A DNA stretch of 60,244 nt, counting the filler, from Deltaproteobacteria bacterium (GTDB lineage: Bacteria; Myxococcota; JACRCW01), in the NCBI GenBank assembly GCA_016218805.1. It is 3 parts of 3 records of this genome, joined end to end, with 100 filler letters (N's around TTAATTAATTAA, not from the genome) between each part and the next. Parts side by side here need not be neighbours in the genome. Positions count along the whole stretch, not along the records: positions 41,693 to 60,244 come from JACRCW010000138.1; 2 more parts are not named here. One strand, 5' to 3'. Every line of letters begins with the position of its first letter. Position 1 is the stretch's first letter. The translations under genes were made by a program, and so were the position numbers. Shown one piece after another: positions 47,692-56,697 of this stretch. Under the pieces are notes generated by a model, which was given only the letters and a program-made list of their open reading frames with translations, did not search any database and had not been told where the DNA came from.

Positions 47692-49971
47692 TCACTCAAA
47701 GAACTTGAACTGACCCGTCTGGGCGCCGCGGCTGATCTGCCCGTCACAGAACACCCCGGCGGCGCAGGTGCCGGTGGGGGAGGCGCACGGCGGGTGCTGC
47801 ACCAGGTCAAACTGGAACAGCAGCCCCCCGCCCGCGGCAGCCAGCACGGCGATGGCGCGGTCACGCGTTTCCGTGGTGCCCAGGCCGGTGCTGACCACGG
47901 AGGGGATGACGGCGGTGGCCAGGCCGGTGGGCACGGCGCCGGCCGGGATGAAGCGGCCCTGCGTGGGGTTGATGTCATACGTGCGGATGACAAACGGGTC
48001 GAAGTTGCTCCGCATGGGGAGAACCAGCACCGCGTCCCGCGGGGGCAGGCTGCCGGAGGCGGCGCCGGTGGGGCTGCCGGCGGTGCCGCCGTCCACGGGG
48101 CGGGTATCCACAGGCGGGGGCGTTCCGCCGGTGTAGCCGGCGGGGAAGAGCTGGAAGCGCAGGCCGGGGACTTCCACCTCTTCCAGGAACGCCACGCGGC
48201 CAAAGCTGCGGCCGGACATCCCGCCGGTGAGCGTGAAGTGGTTGCGGGCGCGCACGCGGTACTGGATGCCGCCTTGGGCCACCAGGCACTGGCGGATGGA
48301 GAAGGTGCCTTCCAGGCGCAGCTGGCTGCCGGCCACTTCGGCAATGCGCAGGGAGGCGGCCACGGTGCAGGCCGGCTGCGAACTGGGGCACGGGCACGCC
48401 GCCTGGACGGGGACTTCAAACACGTCCCCTGCCTGCACCCCCAGCGCGCGCAGGTCCACGCCGCTGCGGCTGTCCGCCACCAGGTTGTCCAGCAGCTGCG
48501 CATCCGTGCTGCTGCCGGTGCGCTGCCCCAGTCCGGGCAGCACGCCTTCCCAGACCAGCACGTAGTCGTCGTCCAGGGCCTGCTTGACCACCGGCGGGGT
48601 GCCGGTGGCGTCCGTGGTGACGGACCACTCCACGCGCGGGCGGGTGGCCTGGTCCTGGTCCGTGAGCCCGGCGTCCGCCACCCCGCCGTCCGCCAGCGGC
48701 GCGTGCGGCACGCGGTAGTTGTCCAGCGAGCTGTTGAAGTCCAGCACCTGGCAGTCGCTGGTCAGCAGGGGCCCGGGCGGCATGCTGTTCTTGTCAATGA
48801 GGCGCGGCATGCGGCGGCGCTGGGCGTCTTCGGAATCCAGGTCCAGGTACGCCACGCTGCCGTCCACCAGGGCCACCAGCGCGTAGGCAAACCCGCCATT
48901 GGCCAGCGCTGAGGGGTCCACCTCAAACGGCACGCCCACGCAGCACTGCGGCGTGGGGTTGGGGGCCAGCGCCACCGCGGCGGCGTAGCCCGGCAGCATG
49001 ACCGTGGCCGCCAGGTGGTCAGCGTCAGACCGCATGCGGTGCACCCACGAATCCGCGGGCAGGTCCGTGGCGGGCTCATGGCGGAGGCGGACCACGGCCA
49101 CCGCGGGCAGGTCCCGGCGGAGGGCCACGGCGATGGGGTAGCGGGGTGCGTTTTCGCCAGGGCGGCCGGGGGCGGTGCCGAGCACGACCTCAGCGGTGGG
49201 GCCGCCCACGTCCACCTGGCAGGGGCGGGTGCCCGTGGCGTCACAGGCGGGGTAGGGGAGCGCCAGCGTGCCGGGGTCCGCGGCAGGGTCAAACAACGTG
49301 AGGGCATTGCCGTCCGCGTCCGACACCATGGCCACGGTGCCGTCCTCTGTCAGGGCAACACCGGAGGGCACGCCGGGGGCCTTGAACCGCGCGCGGGCGA
49401 CCACGTTGCCGTCGTTCCAGCGGATGACCTCCAGTTCGCCGCCGTCATCCGCGGCGTGGCTCACGGCCACCAGCAGGTCCGCCACGGTGCCGCGCACCGC
49501 CAGGCCAGTGGGCCGCGGGGCCAGGTCACCCACGTCATCCCCGTGGCGCTTCCAGGCGTTGCCCTCATGGGGGCCGCCCAGGTCAAAGAAGCGCAGGGTG
49601 CGGTCCGTGCGGTCCAGCGCCACCGCCAGCGTGCCGTCCGAGGCCACGGCAATGTCCTCCGTGTACGTGCCCAGCTTGACCGCCATGGGGAAGTACACGT
49701 TGGGGGCGGGCACCATCAGGCCATGCGTGAGGTCCACGGCGCGCGCCTGGCGCAGGTCCGGGTTCACGTTGACGGCGTACGCGGCGCCGCTGCGGTCCGG
49801 GCGCACGGCAATGGCCACGGAGGACGGCTTGTCCACGTTGCCGCTGCCCGGCGTGGTGTCCTGCGGGCAGAAGGTGGACAGCGGGCCCTGCGGCAGGCCG
49901 GTGGAGCAGGCCAGCAGGGTCATAAGCGGCGCGTGGGACACCACGCGGCGGAGCACGGGCGTGCGGCGCAT
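47692..49971 (-). CDS. large hypothetical lipoprotein with beta-propeller-like N-terminal region
   Basis: TLLAC lipobox; repeated P-x-G-[LV]-A-[LV] blade-like motifs. Confidence 0.7.
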   Translation of the reverse strand: MRRTPVLRRVVSHAPLMTLLACSTGLPQGPLSTFCPQDTTPGSGNVDKPSSVAIAVRPDRSGAAYAVNVNPDLRQARAVDLTHGLMVPAPNVYFPMAVKLGTYTEDIAVASDGTLAVALDRTDRTLRFFDLGGPHEGNAWKRHGDDVGDLAPRPTGLAVRGTVADLLVAVSHAADDGGELEVIRWNDGNVVARARFKAPGVPSGVALTEDGTVAMVSDADGNALTLFDPAADPGTLALPYPACDATGTRPCQVDVGGPTAEVVLGTAPGRPGENAPRYPIAVALRRDLPAVAVVRLRHEPATDLPADSWVHRMRSDADHLAATVMLPGYAAAVALAPNPTPQCCVGVPFEVDPSALANGGFAYALVALVDGSVAYLDLDSEDAQRRRMPRLIDKNSMPPGPLLTSDCQVLDFNSSLDNYRVPHAPLADGGVADAGLTDQDQATRPRVEWSVTTDATGTPPVVKQALDDDYVLVWEGVLPGLGQRTGSSTDAQLLDNLVADSRSGVDLRALGVQAGDVFEVPVQAACPCPSSQPACTVAASLRIAEVAGSQLRLEGTFSIRQCLVAQGGIQYRVRARNHFTLTGGMSGRSFGRVAFLEEVEVPGLRFQLFPAGYTGGTPPPVDTRPVDGGTAGSPTGAASGSLPPRDAVLVLPMRSNFDPFVIRTYDINPTQGRFIPAGAVPTGLATAVIPSVVSTGLGTTETRDRAIAVLAAAGGGLLFQFDLVQHPPCASPTGTCAAGVFCDGQISRGAQTGQFKFFE

Positions 49972-49974
49972 GGC

Positions 49975-51327
49975 TCAGCCTCCCCCCAGGATGGGCAGTT
50001 CCGGCAGGACGCCGGGAAGCTGCGGGTTGGTGGAGCCGGTGTCCCGCGGGGTGCCCAGGCGCGCCACCACGCGCAAGCGCGTGTCCCCCGCGTGGCGCGG
50101 CAGGCCAATGACCGCCACCGTGTCATCCTGGAAGCACGTCACGTAGGCCAGCGCCCGGGCCGAATCCACCGCGATGTTGAACGGCCCTGCGCCGACGTCC
50201 CGCAGGGCGCCCACGGGCACCAGGGTGTCCAGGTCCAGCGCGAACAGCACGTTGTCCCGGAACGACGCGACCAGCACCAGCGGGGAGGCCGGCGCGGGTG
50301 CGGCGGGGTCACGCGAGGCGGTGGGTTCAAACAGCGCCACCACGGAGGGCTCCTTCCCCAGCGGCGCCACGCGCGTGACGGTGTCACCGGGCAGCCCGTT
50401 GGGGCGGCGGCTGACGTCCAGCTCAATGATGGAGGCGGGGATCTTGCTGATCACGTACGCCCGCTGCCCGTCCGCGCGGAACGCCACGCCGCGGGTGTCC
50501 GCCGTGCCGGCCTGCTCCAGCAGGTTGATGGCCAGCACCTGCGCGTTCTCCTCATCCGCAATGCGGAAGTAGCGCAGCGTCCCCAGCTGGCTGCCGTCAC
50601 CCGGCAGGTCCCGCCCGGTGGCAAACAGGTACTCCGGCTGCCCGTCCACGGAGGGCAGCAGCGCCAGGCTGCCGCCGCGCAGCGTGTCTGACAGGTTGCG
50701 GCTCCACCCAATGGAGAGGCGCGCGGCGCCTGAGCGCAGCGGGAAGAAGTCCACCGCCATCACCTGCCCGCCGCGCAGCATGCCCAAAAAGACGCGCGTG
50801 TGGTCGCCTTCGCGGTGCAGCGCCATGCCGTAGGGGTCCGTCAGCCCGGTGGCCAGCACGTGGTCATTGTCCGAACAGTCCTCCAGGCCATCCGTCATGC
50901 GCCCCCCGCATGACAGCGACGGGCCGTCCAGGCCGGTGGCCACGTCCAGCTGGATGAGCCGGTTGTCTTCGCTGGTCAGGTGCAGCAGCGCGGCGCCGTC
51001 CTCCGTGGCCAGCAACGACCCACCGAACGACGGCACCCGCACGGCGGCCTGCCACGGGTCCGCCACGGGGTCACCCAGCGTGTCATTCAGCGCCAGGTAC
51101 GCATGCAGCCAGGACAGGTCCGCGGCCACCACCGCGCCGCTGCTGTAGGTGCTGTCAAAGTTGCTGCTGGCCACAAACAGCAGGGGCGCATTCGGGTGCA
51201 GCGCAATGCCGGTGGGGAAGTGCAGCGCGGTGACCGGGCTGCCCGGCGGGGCAAACGGGTCCGGGCACTGCGCACAACCCGAGGCGGCGCACAGCAGCGC
51301 CCAGAGACCGAGACGACGAGGAGCCAT
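49975..51327 (-). CDS. YncE/YVTN-like beta-propeller lipoprotein
   Basis: ASGC lipobox; LHFPTGIAL, VASSNFD, DPYGMAL, GPFNIAVD and AYVTCF blade motifs. Confidence 0.78.
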   Translation of the reverse strand: MAPRRLGLWALLCAASGCAQCPDPFAPPGSPVTALHFPTGIALHPNAPLLFVASSNFDSTYSSGAVVAADLSWLHAYLALNDTLGDPVADPWQAAVRVPSFGGSLLATEDGAALLHLTSEDNRLIQLDVATGLDGPSLSCGGRMTDGLEDCSDNDHVLATGLTDPYGMALHREGDHTRVFLGMLRGGQVMAVDFFPLRSGAARLSIGWSRNLSDTLRGGSLALLPSVDGQPEYLFATGRDLPGDGSQLGTLRYFRIADEENAQVLAINLLEQAGTADTRGVAFRADGQRAYVISKIPASIIELDVSRRPNGLPGDTVTRVAPLGKEPSVVALFEPTASRDPAAPAPASPLVLVASFRDNVLFALDLDTLVPVGALRDVGAGPFNIAVDSARALAYVTCFQDDTVAVIGLPRHAGDTRLRVVARLGTPRDTGSTNPQLPGVLPELPILGGG

Positions 51328-51517
51328 GGGGCGCGGGACCGTAGGGGCAGCCCGCGCCCGAGGCAAGGGGCGGGACCCCGCGGCGGGGCGTGACTTCGGG
51401 GGGGACCGGCTCCACATTGGCCGTCGACGTGCCAGGTCTCCCGCGGGAGTTGCCATGGAGGCGGTTGGGCGTTGTGTGACGGCGGCAGCGGCGCGGTCCC
51501 GCGTGACGACGGGCGGG

Positions 51518-52756
51518 ATGCAAGCGGCCGGGCGGTGGTGGCTCGCGGCGACGCTCCTGCTGGCCCCGGCGCCGGCCCGCGCGGTGGACCTGTGGACGTC
51601 GTCGCACGGCGGTGCGGAGGCCGGCGGCGACGTCAAGACGTTCCTGGTGGGCGTCCGCCCCAGGCCGCACCCGCTGCTGCCTTCGGAACCCTCTGGCCGG
51701 GCGGCCCTGGACCTCCGGCTCAAGTTGTCCGCCCACGTGGGCGAATGGCTCCGCGTGAGCCTGCACCCCAACCTGGTGGCCACGGCGGGCGCGGGCGGCG
51801 GGCTGGGCGGCCTGGCGGCGTCTGCGCGCGTGGGTGACCCGCCGGAGGGAGTGAGCCTGTCACGCAACCTGCTGGAGTCCTCCGCGGTGCGGGTGCGCCT
51901 GCGGTTGGACCGCGCCGCCGTGACGCTGCACCTGCCGCACGTGGACCTGACGGCGGGGCGGCAGCCGGTGAGCTTTGGCGCCACGTTCTTCTTCACGCCC
52001 ATGGACATTGTGGCGCCGTTCACGCCGCTGGTGGTGGACCGCGAATACAAGCCCGGCGTGGATGCCCTGCGGGGTGACGTCTACATCGGTACCTCCACAA
52101 CGGTGACGGCGGTGGCCGCGTACGCGGGCGGCTGGGACCTGGAGGGTCTGGTGTTTGCCGCGCGCGCAGGGACAACGCTGGGAGTGTTTGACGTGGGGTT
52201 CTTTGCGGCGGAGGCGCGGGCCGAGCAGGTGCTGGGCGTGGACGTGGCGGGGGAACTGCTGGGAACCGCGGTGCGCGCGGAGGCAACCGTCACCGTGCCG
52301 GTGGACCGGGAGAAGTCCTTCCTGCGCGGGGCGCTGGGGTTGGACCGCCGGTTTGAGAGCGGGCTCACGCTGATGGGTGAGCTGTATGTGCAGACGTTCG
52401 GCGCAGCGTCAGCAGACCGCTACCTGGAGCAGGCGCGGGACCCCCGCTACGCGCGCGGTGAGGCCTGGGCGCTTGGGCGTTACTACGCGGCGGTCTCCGC
52501 CGGGTACGAACTGCTGCCCGTGCTCAACACCGCCGTGGCCGTCATTGCCAACCTGGGTGACCCCAGCCTGGCGGTGGGTCCCTCCCTGACCTGGTCCGTG
52601 TCCGACGAGGCGGTGGTGGTGGCGGGGTTGTACACGCCGGTGGGCGCGCCGCCGGACCGGGAGCCCACGGGGGATCCTGCGCGGCCGGTGCGCCTGCGCA
52701 GCGAGTTCGGGACGATGCCGCAAAGCGCGTTCCTGCAGATGAAGGCGTACTTCTGA
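51518..52756 (+). CDS. outer-membrane beta-barrel protein
   Basis: Signal peptide, AGRQPVSFG and DREYKPGVDALR motifs, alternating beta strands, C-terminal YF. Confidence 0.75.
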   Translation: MQAAGRWWLAATLLLAPAPARAVDLWTSSHGGAEAGGDVKTFLVGVRPRPHPLLPSEPSGRAALDLRLKLSAHVGEWLRVSLHPNLVATAGAGGGLGGLAASARVGDPPEGVSLSRNLLESSAVRVRLRLDRAAVTLHLPHVDLTAGRQPVSFGATFFFTPMDIVAPFTPLVVDREYKPGVDALRGDVYIGTSTTVTAVAAYAGGWDLEGLVFAARAGTTLGVFDVGFFAAEARAEQVLGVDVAGELLGTAVRAEATVTVPVDREKSFLRGALGLDRRFESGLTLMGELYVQTFGAASADRYLEQARDPRYARGEAWALGRYYAAVSAGYELLPVLNTAVAVIANLGDPSLAVGPSLTWSVSDEAVVVAGLYTPVGAPPDREPTGDPARPVRLRSEFGTMPQSAFLQMKAYF

Positions 52757-52767
52757 CGAGGTGAAGC

Positions 52768-53508
52768 ATGCGTACCGGGGTTGTTGCTGTCCTGTTGCTG
52801 TGCACCGCCGGCGCCCGCGCGCAGGACGTCACCGTGGAGGAGCTGATGCGCGCGCAGGATGACGCGCTGCGCGGGGCCTCCAGCACGGGGACCATGACCA
52901 TGCGGGTGAAGACGGCGCGGTGGGAGCGGTCCCTCACCATGCAGAGCTGGAGCGAGGGAACGGAGAAGACGCTGGTGCGCATCCTGGCGCCCGCCAAGGA
53001 GAAGGGCACCGCCACGCTGAAGGTGGAGGGCAACATCTGGAACTACCTGCCCAAGGTGGACCGCACCATCAAGGTGCCCGGTTCCATGATGGGCGGCTCC
53101 TGGATGGGCAGCCACTTCACCAACGACGACCTGGTGCGCGAAGCGCGGTACAGCGAGGACTTCACGTGCGCGTTTGTGGAGAAGCCCGACGGCAAGACGC
53201 GTGACCACTGGGTGATTGACTGCACGCCGCGGCCCAACGCACCGGTGGTGTGGGGGCGCGTGCGGCTGGCCATCCGCGCGGTGGACAAGCTGGCGGACCG
53301 CATTGACTACCTGGACGAGAAGGGCGCGCGCGTGCGCACGCTGGTGTTCTCCGAGTTCACCACGTTGGGCGGGCGGAAGCTGGCGCGCATGATGCGCATG
53401 GTCCCCGCGGACAAGCCCGACGAGTTCACGGAGGTGCACCAGGACGACCTGGCGTTTGACGTGAAGCTCCCGGCGGACACCTTCACCCTGCAGGCGCTCA
53501 AGAAGTAG
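52768..53508 (+). CDS. outer-membrane lipoprotein-sorting (LolA-like) protein
   Basis: Signal peptide; PAKEKGTATLK, WNYLPK, SWMGSHFTNDDL and FTLQAL motifs. Confidence 0.88.
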   Translation: MRTGVVAVLLLCTAGARAQDVTVEELMRAQDDALRGASSTGTMTMRVKTARWERSLTMQSWSEGTEKTLVRILAPAKEKGTATLKVEGNIWNYLPKVDRTIKVPGSMMGGSWMGSHFTNDDLVREARYSEDFTCAFVEKPDGKTRDHWVIDCTPRPNAPVVWGRVRLAIRAVDKLADRIDYLDEKGARVRTLVFSEFTTLGGRKLARMMRMVPADKPDEFTEVHQDDLAFDVKLPADTFTLQALKK

Positions 53509-53518
53509 CGGAGGAAGC

Positions 53519-54733
53519 GTGCGGACCTTCCAACTGGCGTGGCGCAACATCTGGCGCAACCGGCGCCGGACGCTGGTCACCGTGGGGGCCATGACCATTG
53601 CACTGGTGTGCACCACGCTCTACGGCGCCATGGTTCAGGGCTACCTGGCCACCCTGGAGCGTGACGCGCTGGATGCGGAGATGGGCGTGGCGCAGGTGTT
53701 TGCGCCTGGCTACCAGGAGCGGCCGTCCATCTACGCGGTCATCCCGGACGCGGACGCGCTGGTGGCGCGCCTGGACGCTGCGGGCATGACGGCGTGCGCG
53801 CGCCTGCTGGGGGGCGGCCTGGTGGCGGCAGGTGAATCCTCCGCCGGCGCGCAGTTCCGGGGCATTGATGTGCAGCGGGACGCCGCGGTGCTGGTGGTGT
53901 CCCGCGGCGTGGTGGATGGGGCGTGGCTGGACGAGGCGGACCCGGCGGGCGTGGTGCTGGGCCGGCGGCTGGCGCACACGCTGGGCGTGAAGCCGGGTGA
54001 TGAGCTGGTGCTGCTGTCCCAGGCCACGGACGGGAGCATTGCCAACCAACTGGCCACGGTGCGCGGCGTGCTGGCCAGCGTGGGCGAGGCCACCGACCGC
54101 GCCGGCGTATTCCTGACGGCGCGGGCGTTCCGGGAGTTCTTTGCGCTGGAGCAGGGGGCGCACCAGGTCATTGTGAAACGGCCGGACGTGGTGGACCTCC
54201 CGGCGCTGGAGGCGCGCATCACCGCGGCCGCGCCGGGGCAGCAGGTGCTCACCTGGCGGCGGCTGATGCCCACCGTGGCAACAATGATCGACTCCGTGCG
54301 GGGCCTGGTGGCGTTCATGTTCTTCATCGTCAACGTGGCCATCGCCATTGTCATCCTCAATGCCATGCTGATGGCGGTGTTTGAGCGCATCCGCGAGTTC
54401 GGCATCCTCAAGGCGCTGGGCGTGGGCCCCCTGGAGGTGCTGCGGCTGATCTACGCGGAGAGCCTGTTCCAGGTGGTCATTGCGCTGGGCGCGTCACTGG
54501 TGCTGGAGACGCCCCTGCTGGTGCTGCTGTCCGCGCGCGGTTTGGACATGAGTTCCCTGGCCGGCGTGTCTGCGGTGGGCATCACCATGGCCAGCCGCTG
54601 GTACGCGGTGGTGGGCGTGTCCACGTTCACGGGCCCGGCGGCCATGATGTTCTTTGTCGTCGCCGCGGCGGTGCTGTACCCGGCGGCCAAGGCGGCGGTC
54701 ATTGACCCGGTTGAGGCCATGCGTCACGCGTGA
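53519..54733 (+). CDS. ABC transporter permease, FtsX/LolE family
   Basis: AWRNIWRNRRRT, MAVFERIREFG and DPVEAMR motifs. Confidence 0.92.
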   Translation: MRTFQLAWRNIWRNRRRTLVTVGAMTIALVCTTLYGAMVQGYLATLERDALDAEMGVAQVFAPGYQERPSIYAVIPDADALVARLDAAGMTACARLLGGGLVAAGESSAGAQFRGIDVQRDAAVLVVSRGVVDGAWLDEADPAGVVLGRRLAHTLGVKPGDELVLLSQATDGSIANQLATVRGVLASVGEATDRAGVFLTARAFREFFALEQGAHQVIVKRPDVVDLPALEARITAAAPGQQVLTWRRLMPTVATMIDSVRGLVAFMFFIVNVAIAIVILNAMLMAVFERIREFGILKALGVGPLEVLRLIYAESLFQVVIALGASLVLETPLLVLLSARGLDMSSLAGVSAVGITMASRWYAVVGVSTFTGPAAMMFFVVAAAVLYPAAKAAVIDPVEAMRHA

Positions 54734-54743
54734 GGAGGCGGTC

Positions 54744-55991
54744 ATGGGAGTCCTCGGGCTGGGGCGGATGGCGTGGCGGAACCTGTGGCGCCAGGTGCGG
54801 CGCACGCTCATCACGGTGTTGTCCGTGGCGTTTGGCGTGTTCCTGGCGGTGCTGATGACCGGCCTGCAGGACCGCAACTGGGAGGACGTCATCAACACCG
54901 CGGCGCGCCTGGGCGGCGGTCACGTCACGCTGGAGCACCCGGACTTCCGGGACAAGCCGTCGCTCAGCCGCACGGTGCACGCGCCACCGGCGCTGCTTGC
55001 GGAGCTGGCGCAACAGGAACACGTGGTGCGCGTGGTGCAGCGCATCAGCGGGCAGGTGATGCTGTCCACCACCGCGGACAGCTTTGGGGCCGGGTTCATT
55101 GCGTATGATCCTGCGCGCGAGGACGAGAGCACGCTGTCGCTGCTGGAAGCGGTGAAGCAGGGCGCGCGGTTTGCCACGTCGGCGGACGGCGGCATGGTGC
55201 TGGGTGAGCGGTTGGCCAGGAACCTGGGCGCGGAGCTGGGTTCCAAGGTGGTGTACACGGTCACTGACGAGCGCGGCGAGATTGTCAGCGGGCTGGCGCG
55301 CGTCAGCGGCATCATGCGCACGGGCGCGCCGTCCGTGGACCTGGGGATGTGCCTGCTGCCGCTGGATGCCGTGCGCCGCGTGCTGGGCTACGCGCCGGAC
55401 GAAAGCACACAGGTGGCGGTGTTCCTGGATACGCAGCGGCGCGCGGAGGACGTGGTGCAGGCGCTGGCCGGTCTGGCGGGCCGGGACGTTGCGGTGCGCA
55501 CCTGGCGTGAGACGCAGCCGGACCTGGTCAGCATCATCAAGGTCAAGCGCGCGGGCATGCTGTTCTTTGAGTTTCTCATCCTGGTCCTGTGCGCCGCGGG
55601 CATCTTCAACACGTTGTTCGTCAGCGTGATGGAGCGCCTGCGCGAGTTCGGCATCCTGACGGCCATTGGGTTTGGGCCGGTGCGGCTGTTTGGGATGGTG
55701 ATGCTGGAGAGCCTGTGGGTGGGCCTGCTGGGGCTGGTGGCCGCGCTGGGGATCACGGCGTGGCCGTACCACTACCTGGCGACGACGGGATGGGACCTCT
55801 CCGCCGTGTACGGCACGCAAAACGCCGACATTGCCGGGGTGGGGATGAGCATGGTGATGCACGTGGGCATCTACCCGGACCACGCGGCGGTGATTGCGGT
55901 GAGCGCGGTGGTGGCCACGCTGCTGGCCGGGCTGTACCCCGCGTGGCGCGCTGGCCGCGTGGAACCCGTGGAAGCCATCAAGCTGGTGTGA
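54744..55991 (+). CDS. ABC transporter permease, FtsX/LolE family
   Basis: AWRNLWRQVRRT, SVMERLREFG and EPVEAI motifs; GAGGAGG SD. Confidence 0.92.
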   Translation: MGVLGLGRMAWRNLWRQVRRTLITVLSVAFGVFLAVLMTGLQDRNWEDVINTAARLGGGHVTLEHPDFRDKPSLSRTVHAPPALLAELAQQEHVVRVVQRISGQVMLSTTADSFGAGFIAYDPAREDESTLSLLEAVKQGARFATSADGGMVLGERLARNLGAELGSKVVYTVTDERGEIVSGLARVSGIMRTGAPSVDLGMCLLPLDAVRRVLGYAPDESTQVAVFLDTQRRAEDVVQALAGLAGRDVAVRTWRETQPDLVSIIKVKRAGMLFFEFLILVLCAAGIFNTLFVSVMERLREFGILTAIGFGPVRLFGMVMLESLWVGLLGLVAALGITAWPYHYLATTGWDLSAVYGTQNADIAGVGMSMVMHVGIYPDHAAVIAVSAVVATLLAGLYPAWRAGRVEPVEAIKLV

Positions 55992-55995
55992 GGAG

Positions 55996-56697
55996 ATGCG
56001 CATGGACCCGACGCAACCGATCGTGGAGCTTGTGGACGTGACGCGGGTCTACCGGCAGGGCTCCGTGGACGTGCACGCGCTGCGCGGCATCACGCTGCAG
56101 TTGCTGCCGGGCGAGTTCACCGCGCTGTGCGGGCCCTCCGGGTCCGGGAAGACCACCGCGCTCAACCTGGTGGGCGCGCTGGACCGCGCCACATCGGGCA
56201 CGGTGCGGCTGGAAGGCCGTGACCTGGGGACGCTGACGCGGCGTCAGCTGAGCATCCTCCGGCGCGACCGCATTGGCTTTGTGTTCCAGGCGTACAACCT
56301 GCTTCCCGTGCTCACCGCCTATGAGAACGCGGAGATTGTCATGGCGGTGCAGGGCGTGGAGCCAGCCAGGCGCCGCGCGCGCGTGATGGAGCTGTTGGAG
56401 CGCGTGGGCCTCAAAGGGCTGGAAGACCGCCGCCCCACGGAGCTGTCCGGTGGCCAGCAGCAGCGCGTGGCCATTGCCCGCGCCATTGCGGCGGGGCCGG
56501 CGGTGGTCCTGGCAGACGAGCCGACGGCCAACGTGGACAGCGAGACCGCGGAGAACCTGCTGGGCTTGATGGAGGAACTCAACGTGAAGCACGGCGTCAC
56601 GTTCCTCTTCAGCACGCATGACCCGCGCGTCATGGCGCGCGCAAAACGCCTGGTGAAGCTGGTGGACGGGCGCGTGGCCAGCGACGAGCGGCGCTGA
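55996..56697 (+). CDS. ABC transporter ATP-binding protein (LolD/MacB-like)
   Basis: GPSGSGKT, IGFVFQ, LSGGQQQRV, LADEPT and STHD motifs. Confidence 0.95.
   Translation: MRMDPTQPIVELVDVTRVYRQGSVDVHALRGITLQLLPGEFTALCGPSGSGKTTALNLVGALDRATSGTVRLEGRDLGTLTRRQLSILRRDRIGFVFQAYNLLPVLTAYENAEIVMAVQGVEPARRRARVMELLERVGLKGLEDRRPTELSGGQQQRVAIARAIAAGPAVVLADEPTANVDSETAENLLGLMEELNVKHGVTFLFSTHDPRVMARAKRLVKLVDGRVASDERR

Noticed and set aside
56630..56697. Convergent 3' overlaps (here and at 42407-42465)
   Set aside because: Short tail-to-tail overlaps are common in GC-rich genomes with few stop codons.
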